DNA from: a virus
Taxonomy: Duplodnaviria; Caudoviricetes
Strand: one strand, 5' to 3'
Length of the DNA: 25,654 nt
Virus record (IMG/VR): IMGVR_UViG_3300025078_000020
Location: 1 to 25,654 of that record
In this document: one piece after another, positions 18,807 through 25,654 of the stretch
Layout of the letters: every line of letters starts with the position of its first letter
How positions within the stretch are numbered: the first letter of the stretch is position 1
The notes under the pieces: model-generated
What the model saw: only the letters and a program-made list of their open reading frames with translations
Told to the model about the DNA's origin: nothing
Databases searched by the model: none
Translations under genes and position numbers: made by a program

Positions 18807-19033
18807 TTTATTCTCGCTGTAATTGTATTAGAAAAAAACTTTTCGCCTGCCCGTGACGCACAATACTGGACCTATAAGGCTGCCCAGCACATCTTTTGGG
18901 TGCATAATCTGTATACAACACATACTATAATTGCGCAAGTAAGAGACTTTCACATTGTCAATATTTATGACTTATTCCGGCACGTAATACAGTCACTTAG
19001 GCAGATAAGCGTCATCATGATACCATAGTGGCT
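18807..19033. promoter_or_regulatory. Divergent control region between capsid and terminase genes
   Basis: Longest non-coding stretch in the window, AT-rich; TATAAT (+, 18926-18931), TTGACA (-, 18961-18956), TTGCGCAA palindrome (18931-18938), and TAGGCA-17-TACCAT with TG extension (+, 18998-19026). Confidence 0.6.
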
Positions 19034-20695
19034 ATGACAGCAACCAACGCAAAAAAGCGTAAACGTAAAAGTGTAACTACTGGTGGCGCAGAATATGCCA
19101 CCGCACCAGGCATCCATGATGGAAAGGTTCGAGCCCTGTTCGCAACCCCCGATGCCTTTGTGTCTATGTGCCAAATTGTGCGAGAGGACGAATCAACAGG
19201 GTACATGGAACCCACACATACGCAGAGGAAACTACTGGAAGCTTACGACCAAAATCGTTGGCTTATGGTAAACAAGTTCCGTCAAGCGAAGATCACTACG
19301 ATTTCAGTCATGTTGCTACTAAGAGATTGTATGTACCTCAGCGGCGTCAAGGGCCTGCTTATTGCAGAACGTCAAGACACGGCGGAAGACATCTTTGAAC
19401 GCATACTATTCGCATACAACAGGCTGCCTGCCGATGTCCGAATGCCGCTGACGCCAGGGAAAAAGGCGGGCGCCACACAGATGCAATTCTGTCACGGAGG
19501 GGGCATTAAAGTCTTGACGGCGGGCGGAAGGTCTCCAGCCATCGGTCGATCCATTGACCGTCTCGTAATCACAGAATTCGGTGAGGCTCAATGGCAACGC
19601 AAAGCCGCGATTAATATTTTCCCCACTGTAAACAAACGCCCCAACGCTAAAGTCATATTGGAATCAACACCAGGGCGAGCGGGCTCACACCATGAACAGA
19701 TGTGGCGGTCGGCGCTAGAAGGTTCAAGTCGATTTCATCCGCTGTTCCTTGAGTGGTGGGAAGATGAAAGTTGTAGAGAGCCTGACGATAGCTTTCAGCC
19801 TTCAGCGCCTGAACTTGAATATATGAGTCGTCATGATGGAATGAGCATCCACAACTTAGCCTTTCGGCGCAAAGGACTAAATACAGAGTTCGTCGGAGAC
19901 ACAAGACTGTTCTCGTGTAAGTACCCGTCAGACTCTTACGATGGGTGGCTGGGTAGTACAAACCCCGTAATGCCCGCAGAAATCCTGAAGCCCCTACTCG
20001 AAAAGGCCACCGTTGAGCCACTACTCGGTGGTCACGCTTGCCATGAATTTGAACCACCTAAGCCTGGACATCAATACCTGGTCACCGCTGACCCCGCAGG
20101 CTTCGGTAGTACAGGTGATAAATCAGCGCTAACTGTTTGGGACGCCACCGAATGGAAAGAGATTGCCTTCTGGGAAGATCGAGAAACGCCTGACCGATTC
20201 GCACAAAGACTAAAGGTTGTACAGAAAAGATACCTCGGCGCACTGCTCGCCGTTGAGTCCAACGCCACAGCATGTATCGCTATCTTGAAAGACCAAGAGA
20301 CACGAAACTTACTCTGGACCGATAGAAATCACCCAGGTTGGTACGCGACACAAAAACGGCTACAAGAGTCTGAAGCGCGACTCGTTCAAATGCTAAGGCA
20401 ACATGAACTAAATATACAAAGTCGCGGAATGCTCCACCAATTACTGAACTATGACGGCACACGAAAGAAACGCATTCGGGGCGAAGATGGTACAATTCAC
20501 CACTTCGACCGCGCTAGAACAGCGGTTATGGCTGCTGACATTCTGTCCCGGAGACATTTCTCGCACGAAGCAACTGAAGTACAATCGGAATACTTGCCGG
20601 GACAAGTTACAATCAAACAACTAGATAGAATTAAGAGTCATAAAAGACGCGAAGCAAAATCACCCTTTAAACCTGCATCACAAATCTGGAAATAA
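19034..20695 (+). CDS. terL: Terminase large subunit (ATG 19034 preferred; GTG 19028 possible)
   Basis: Walker A-like NKFRQAKITT, Walker B LVITE, coupling motif ILESTP, RNase H-like nuclease TADPAG..GDKSA, VESN, C-terminal HFD; upstream of portal. Confidence 0.92.
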   Translation: MTATNAKKRKRKSVTTGGAEYATAPGIHDGKVRALFATPDAFVSMCQIVREDESTGYMEPTHTQRKLLEAYDQNRWLMVNKFRQAKITTISVMLLLRDCMYLSGVKGLLIAERQDTAEDIFERILFAYNRLPADVRMPLTPGKKAGATQMQFCHGGGIKVLTAGGRSPAIGRSIDRLVITEFGEAQWQRKAAINIFPTVNKRPNAKVILESTPGRAGSHHEQMWRSALEGSSRFHPLFLEWWEDESCREPDDSFQPSAPELEYMSRHDGMSIHNLAFRRKGLNTEFVGDTRLFSCKYPSDSYDGWLGSTNPVMPAEILKPLLEKATVEPLLGGHACHEFEPPKPGHQYLVTADPAGFGSTGDKSALTVWDATEWKEIAFWEDRETPDRFAQRLKVVQKRYLGALLAVESNATACIAILKDQETRNLLWTDRNHPGWYATQKRLQESEARLVQMLRQHELNIQSRGMLHQLLNYDGTRKKRIRGEDGTIHHFDRARTAVMAADILSRRHFSHEATEVQSEYLPGQVTIKQLDRIKSHKRREAKSPFKPASQIWK

Positions 20696-20696
20696 A

Positions 20697-20891
20697 ATGG
20701 CCGACTACAAGGCAAAAAAAGACGCAATGGCAAAGCAGGCAGCAATAGATGAAGCTGCCAGGAAGAAAAAAATCGAAGGCCAGTCCGACGAAGAAAACGC
20801 CAAACAATTAAGTGAGACGAAAGAGATCACGCATGAAGAGATTGACGAGAAGACCGCTAATCTGGCCAAGTTCTTCAAGAAGAAAAAATAG
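20697..20891 (+). CDS. Small Lys/Glu-rich hypothetical protein (64 aa)
   Basis: Fills the terL-portal gap (1 nt and 6 nt spacers); codon style matches neighbours. Confidence 0.7.
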   Translation: MADYKAKKDAMAKQAAIDEAARKKKIEGQSDEENAKQLSETKEITHEEIDEKTANLAKFFKKKK

Positions 20892-20897
20892 GTCACT

Positions 20898-22679
20898 ATG
20901 TCTAAGCTGTCAAAACTGATCGATCGGCATCTTAATTTCTATAAGCGAGCCGAAAAGAAAGACTTCGATAAAGCCCGTAGGTTCTATCGAGGTAACTTCT
21001 TTTCTGGCGGCGATAGCGACCTCCAAGGCCTTAGCGGGTCGTCCTATCTGTGCTCAAAGAACATTATCTATGCCATCGCAGATACGGCAGTCAGCGCCTT
21101 GTTGGGGCCAAACCCATCAGTAGGCGCCGTCGCAAGAACACCCGTGTCTCAAGATGCGTCCCCTGCGGTGACAGGCCTGGTCGAGTATGTGTTTGAAACA
21201 AACAACTTTCGACGCAAAGCAGCTACGGCACTAATCGATGCCGTGCTCTGTAAACGTGGCATCTTTAAGACGGGGTGGGATGCGAAAAAAGACGTACCCA
21301 TTATTCGGGCAATCAACCCCTCTAGTATATTCTTCGACCTTACCGTGCGAGACTCAGACGATATCCGATACTGGATTGAAGCGACGGTTATCTCCTTCGA
21401 TGAGTTTAAGGCGCGAGTAAAGTCTGGGCAGTACAAATCCGAATTGGTCAAAGAAGTTACTCCAGACCGATACCCAAAGTGGCTGCTCGACGAAAACCAG
21501 AAAAGCACCACAGATACTGTTCGTGACGCATTTCAATGGGTGACCGTCTACGAGTATTACGATCGCGAACGCGGCATTATGCAGCACTACATTAAGCAAG
21601 CTGATGCCATCGTGTTCGAAGATAAGATCGACTACATCCCGTACAGCATGTTCACACTCAACCAATCAGGAATTGATTGCCTGGGCTTGAGTGAGGTACA
21701 GCTTGTTCTAAAACAACAAGAAACTATCAACGATCTGCTCACACACATGAAGCAAATCACGTACCTTCAAATTCCGAGAGTCATGTACGACTCCGGTCGA
21801 GTGAGTGAAGAAGACCTGAACAAAGCAGTAGAAGCCAGCGCAGGTGCGTTTATCGGAATCAACCCGTCAAATAGCGAAGCCCTCCGAAGCTTGGCTACTC
21901 TCTTCTACGAAATGCCCATCCCTGATAGCCCATCTGGGGTCAAAGAATTCATTGCACGGCAAGAAGAAGATGCGGCCTTTATCTCCGCATTGGCTGAAGC
22001 CGCTCGAGGCCAAGTTGCTGGTGCGCGAACCGCAACAGAGATGGCCATTATCGATGCCCAACTTCGAACCCGACTCGCAACCCGAGAAGGTCACCTGAAC
22101 GATGCCATCGAAGATGTGGCGAAAAAGGTGTTCTACCTCTGTAAGAAATATATGCGCAAGACACGACTGATCCGAATCTCCGGTAGCAACAAGTGGGAAC
22201 AACTAAGCCACAAAGAACTCGTCGATGTCGATGTCGACTTTAAGATGGTTAGCTACAACCCCATTCGACGTAACCCCGGCATGATGGCTGAGACGCTAAT
22301 TCAAATGCTCCCGTTCTTGTCGCAAAACCAGAACGTAGATATCCGACGGCTGACGGAAGAAATTCTGACCAACCTCGGACTACCCAGCCGAATCCTTATC
22401 CCCGAAGCGGAACTAATTGCGCAACAAGAAGCCGCCGCCGCACAACAACAAGCAATGATGCAAGCAGAACAGCAAGCTAAGTTGGGTGGGGCCGCAGCCG
22501 GTAAGCCTGCGATTGAAGCACAGCAAGCTGCTCAATTGCAGCAACTGATGGCCCAGTTGCCACCAGATGAAGCTGAAGCAATGATGGCTGCAGTAAGTGG
22601 GCAAGAGGCTGGGGTAGAGCCAGAGATGGAGGACGCACTACCCGGCGGTGGGGGAGCCCCCATTAGAGGTGAGACTTGA
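20898..22679 (+). CDS. Portal protein, podovirus type (593 aa)
   Basis: Follows terL; GIFKTGW, SIFFD, RTATE motifs and a Gln/Ala-rich C-terminal tail as in P22-like portals. Confidence 0.88.
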   Translation: MSKLSKLIDRHLNFYKRAEKKDFDKARRFYRGNFFSGGDSDLQGLSGSSYLCSKNIIYAIADTAVSALLGPNPSVGAVARTPVSQDASPAVTGLVEYVFETNNFRRKAATALIDAVLCKRGIFKTGWDAKKDVPIIRAINPSSIFFDLTVRDSDDIRYWIEATVISFDEFKARVKSGQYKSELVKEVTPDRYPKWLLDENQKSTTDTVRDAFQWVTVYEYYDRERGIMQHYIKQADAIVFEDKIDYIPYSMFTLNQSGIDCLGLSEVQLVLKQQETINDLLTHMKQITYLQIPRVMYDSGRVSEEDLNKAVEASAGAFIGINPSNSEALRSLATLFYEMPIPDSPSGVKEFIARQEEDAAFISALAEAARGQVAGARTATEMAIIDAQLRTRLATREGHLNDAIEDVAKKVFYLCKKYMRKTRLIRISGSNKWEQLSHKELVDVDVDFKMVSYNPIRRNPGMMAETLIQMLPFLSQNQNVDIRRLTEEILTNLGLPSRILIPEAELIAQQEAAAAQQQAMMQAEQQAKLGGAAAGKPAIEAQQAAQLQQLMAQLPPDEAEAMMAAVSGQEAGVEPEMEDALPGGGGAPIRGET

Positions 22680-23422
22680 GCGTATACAAAGACAAAATGT
22701 TGGCGCTTCGTAAGACCCAGCCTCAAGGCGGCGAGATCGCGGGGCGAAGCAAAGCAGTCCAGCAAAAGGACGCGTCTCCAGAGTTTCTCAGCCGTATTGA
22801 ATCTTCGGTAGCTTATGGAGAGTCTGATGCTGACACTGGGATCACAGAGTCACCTGGCGACCTTGGAGAGATTGCATATCCGCAGAGCGATCGGATGGAC
22901 GCCGAGGAAGCTTTGTTTGCTAAGCTGTCTAAAACAACGGGCGGTAAAGGATCTGAAACTAAGTCAAGTACCGCCGTAGGAAAAGCGCCATCAAAAGCGT
23001 CAGCCACTACGATTAAACACAAACGAAGCAACTACGCACCACATAAAGGTAAGGAAAAGCGCGGACCACATGGACCTACACCACCTAAGTTGGACACACT
23101 TGACGATTACGAAGGCAAACAGACGGATGAGTATTTCTCCATCGCACAGAACGTGATGCCACCTAAAAATTATGACGACCTTACGCAAAACTACGCAGCA
23201 CAAACTAGCTTTGGGCAGAGCGCGGCTATGCAATCATTAAACCAAAAACGCGACAAAGCTGAACCGTTTAAACAACAAACTCGCACGTTACCAGGCGGCG
23301 AAACAATTCCTTTAATCGTTTTTGGTGATGGCTCTGAGTACTACGTTGACCCCGACGCAGACATAAATAAGCTTTACCCAGGTGACGTGATTCGAATAGA
23401 GCCCCCAAAGGACAAACGATGA
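22676..23422 (+). CDS. Hypothetical protein, largely disordered, with a LysM-like C-terminal fragment (248 aa)
   Basis: TTG start overlapping the portal TGA, GAGGTGA SD; ATGA overlap with the next gene. Confidence 0.65.
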   Translation: MSVYKDKMLALRKTQPQGGEIAGRSKAVQQKDASPEFLSRIESSVAYGESDADTGITESPGDLGEIAYPQSDRMDAEEALFAKLSKTTGGKGSETKSSTAVGKAPSKASATTIKHKRSNYAPHKGKEKRGPHGPTPPKLDTLDDYEGKQTDEYFSIAQNVMPPKNYDDLTQNYAAQTSFGQSAAMQSLNQKRDKAEPFKQQTRTLPGGETIPLIVFGDGSEYYVDPDADINKLYPGDVIRIEPPKDKR

Positions 23423-23874
23423 GCCTCATAATGAACAACCTCGAATGCACCGGATGCGACTTCTTTGAAGAAGAAGCAATCTACCGACGTGCCGACGGGC
23501 CAGACGATTGCCCCGAATGCGGTAGCAAACGAAAGATGAGCTTCATTGGACTCCGCTACGCTATCCATGGTCAAGGACCAGGATCATTCGCAGCCGTTGA
23601 CTTTGGCGTACTCGGCAAAGCCGAAACAAAAGAAGACTACGACCGCTGTATCGCTACCATCGAAAAGCGCTTCCCTGGTAAACGAGTCAATATCCAAGAG
23701 GAAACAAAAGGACAGAAAGCTGACCGACTCGACACCATACGTCACAATAGCTACAAAAGAAAAAAAGCAGCCGGTGTCGACAGCCAAACACTGAAAGCGG
23801 CGTCCGAACGGAACAGACGATATAAAGCTGAGGGACGGACTAAGCCCAAAGCACCACCGACGGAAAGTAAATAA
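23419..23874 (+). CDS. Zinc-ribbon protein, FmdB-like (151 aa)
   Basis: CTGC...CPECGS pair near the N-terminus; basic C-terminus; coupled to both neighbours. Confidence 0.75.
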   Translation: MSLIMNNLECTGCDFFEEEAIYRRADGPDDCPECGSKRKMSFIGLRYAIHGQGPGSFAAVDFGVLGKAETKEDYDRCIATIEKRFPGKRVNIQEETKGQKADRLDTIRHNSYKRKKAAGVDSQTLKAASERNRRYKAEGRTKPKAPPTESK

Positions 23875-24131
23875 TGGGCCGCAAGAACACACGAAATATG
23901 ATGTCGGACCCCGACCTTGTCGAAGGCGCAGTAAAAGCTGCAGAAACCAATGGACGCAACTTACGCAAAATAAAAGACAACACAGTAAGAGATGCTGTTG
24001 TGTATGAGGATACGGAATCAGGAGAGAGTAAAACACTCCCGAATAAACTCATCCGTGCATTGGGTGCGCAAATAACTTTTGAACTCGTTGACCCAAAACT
24101 TGATCTTGTCACACCGACTAAACTAACATAG
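23874..24131 (+). CDS. Hypothetical protein (85 aa)
   Basis: TAATG overlap with upstream stop; matching codon style. Confidence 0.65.
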   Translation: MGRKNTRNMMSDPDLVEGAVKAAETNGRNLRKIKDNTVRDAVVYEDTESGESKTLPNKLIRALGAQITFELVDPKLDLVTPTKLT

Positions 24132-24169
24132 TAAACCAGAGCGGTAAGACGCCGTATCAGGAGAACATC

Positions 24170-24685
24170 ATGCCCATCGATCCCAAAACTGGCGAGCGCC
24201 TTCCTTACCCCGGAGAACCCGGATACAAAGAAGAAGGAGGCGGAGCGGCTAATCCAGAAGAAGTCACAGAGAAAGATGTAGACGATCTTCTGCAACGGAT
24301 CAGTGCGGCAGAAGAAGGAGCGCCACCCGAAGAAGGGGCACCGGCAGAGGCAGCGCCTGAAGAAGGTGTGCCCCCGGAAGAAGGAGCACCAGAAGAAGGC
24401 GAAGGCGAGCAAGACCTTAGCCCATTGATTGAAACGCTTGGTGTGACCCCTGAACGAGCCGAGATGCTCTACCAGGCAGCACAACAGTTGGCGTCAACAC
24501 AAGGCAAAAGCCCCGATGACTTGGCAGCAATGATTGCCGATGACTTCGAGATTCTGATGCAACTGGAAGTGATCGCCGCACGCAGCATGCAGAACCAACC
24601 AGAACCACCAGCACCACCACCGGAAGCCGGTGCGCCAGATGCGGCTGGTATGCCACCAGAAATGATGCCACCAGGGGGGATGTGA
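24170..24685 (+). CDS. Acidic Pro/Glu-rich hypothetical protein (171 aa)
   Basis: AGGAG SD; EEGAP repeats; helical core; directly precedes the scaffold gene. Confidence 0.75.
   Translation: MPIDPKTGERLPYPGEPGYKEEGGGAANPEEVTEKDVDDLLQRISAAEEGAPPEEGAPAEAAPEEGVPPEEGAPEEGEGEQDLSPLIETLGVTPERAEMLYQAAQQLASTQGKSPDDLAAMIADDFEILMQLEVIAARSMQNQPEPPAPPPEAGAPDAAGMPPEMMPPGGM
24311..24409 (+). repeat. Degenerate coding repeat, EEGAP-type units
   Basis: gaagaagg recurs five times; protein EEGAPPEEGAPAEAAPEEGVPPEEGAPEEGEG. Confidence 0.85.
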
Positions 24686-24688
24686 TCT

Positions 24689-25654
24689 ATGCTAAACGAA
24701 GACAATGAAGCGGTGGAAGCCGTATCTGCCGATGCTGAGCCCGAAGGGAGCAGCGAGGCTACAGTTGAAACAAGTGCCCCAGAACCTGTTGAGGCCGCTC
24801 CAGAAGCGACTCAAGAAGCGACTCCTGTTGCGGTGGAAGAAGAAATTGAAGTCCCACCAGTGTTCGACTGGAACGGTGAGTATGAAAGTCTGCACACTGC
24901 CAATTGGGTCAAACAGTTGGATGAAAATCTCCGTGACTCGGTACTGAACGGTATTCAAGAAAAGTACCAACACTGGCAACGTGGATATACCAGTAAGTAC
25001 CAAGACCTGGCCAAGCAGCGACGAAGCGCTGAAGAACTGATGAAGGAAGTGCGCGAGCAAGAAGTTAAAGTCCAGCGATGGCTGCACGGCGATATCGACC
25101 CAATGATCGCAAAGCAAAAAGAGGTCGACGAACTTAAGGTTGCCCATCGAACAGCATTGAAAACCCTGCGACGAGAGGCGGAAGAAGCACACGAAAAAGC
25201 TGTGCAGTCTCACGGAACCGCGATGGAACAAGCTGTGCAAGAGCGCGATATAGCAATGCAACAGCATAAGCAATTGCGCGAAAGGTTCGAAGCGCAAGAA
25301 GCGGAACAAACTGAAGCACAAGTAACTGCACTAGAAACCTGGCTCACGACTGAATACAAAGATGTCTACGATAATGACGACGCATTCAAGAAGTTCTGCC
25401 AACTTGCGCGAGCAGATATATCGCCCGAAGAAGCAGCTAAAATGGTTCGAGTGCTCTACCCACTACCGACACCAGAACCGGTGCCTGAGGTAAAAGCTGC
25501 TCCTGCTCCCGAGCCTGAGCCAGAACCCGTCCCAGAAGGGATGAAGCTTATGAATATGGGACCCGATACCGCCGCAGCTACAGAAGGTGGAGACCCCAGG
25601 TCATACCAAGAGATGATGGAAGCAATGCGTAAAAACGCAATGGTAGAGCAAGAG
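24689..25654 (+). CDS. Capsid scaffolding protein, truncated by the window edge (>=322 aa)
   Basis: Absent from the ORF track. Hand translation MLNEDNEAVEAVSADAEPE... is open to the end; acidic disordered N-terminus, QRGYTSKYQDLAKQRR (compare the xDYTxKxQxLA motif of phage scaffolds), long coiled-coil, Pro-rich linker; AGGGGGG SD. Confidence 0.8.
   Translation, partial: MLNEDNEAVEAVSADAEPEGSSEATVETSAPEPVEAAPEATQEATPVAVEEEIEVPPVFDWNGEYESLHTANWVKQLDENLRDSVLNGIQEKYQHWQRGYTSKYQDLAKQRRSAEELMKEVREQEVKVQRWLHGDIDPMIAKQKEVDELKVAHRTALKTLRREAEEAHEKAVQSHGTAMEQAVQERDIAMQQHKQLRERFEAQEAEQTEAQVTALETWLTTEYKDVYDNDDAFKKFCQLARADISPEEAAKMVRVLYPLPTPEPVPEVKAAPAPEPEPEPVPEGMKLMNMGPDTAAATEGGDPRSYQEMMEAMRKNAMVEQE

Noticed and set aside
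18926-18961. Perfect TATAAT and TTGACA as a single consensus promoter
   Set aside because: They lie on opposite strands, and neither has a good partner hexamer at 16-18 bp spacing.
5020-19075. NLS-like basic runs (KKKKKK, KNKKKRRK, KKRKRK) suggesting a eukaryotic host
   Set aside because: SD motifs, coupled genes, sigma70-like elements and an intrinsic terminator all point to a prokaryotic virus; basic runs are common in DNA-contacting phage proteins.
3053-24688. Stop-codon read-through or TAG recoding, suggested by in-frame junctions (3053-3064, 7995-8006, 17730-17741, 20892-20897, 24686-24688)
   Set aside because: 5 of 13 non-overlapping junctions in frame is close to the one-third expected by chance; three different stop codons are involved; long ORFs are intact under the standard code; most downstream genes have their own SD.

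Overview
The window is a gene-dense fragment of a tailed dsDNA phage (Caudoviricetes) genome and covers nearly all of the virion morphogenesis region, most likely of a podovirus-type phage. Two arms diverge from a ~220-bp AT-rich intergenic region (18807-19033). The minus-strand arm runs: major capsid, decoration/cement protein, hairpin terminator, enlarged head-tail adaptor, a small protein, tail nozzle/stabilization-type protein, two related tail proteins, then five probable internal virion (ejection) proteins ending in a >1017-aa ORF that runs off the left edge. The plus-strand arm runs: large terminase, small basic protein, portal, four small proteins (one a Zn-ribbon), and a scaffolding protein that runs off the right edge. 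The ORF track missed the two edge ORFs; I translated both by hand. I saw no replication, lysis, integrase, tRNA, CRISPR or small terminase genes. Main points of interest: the head module is split so that scaffold and capsid genes point away from each other, and codon endings suggest this is old; terL looks leaderless and has a deviant Walker A; one probable ejection protein carries a signal-peptide-like leader; another has an Sm-like segment. All product calls come from motif recognition and gene order, not from database searches.
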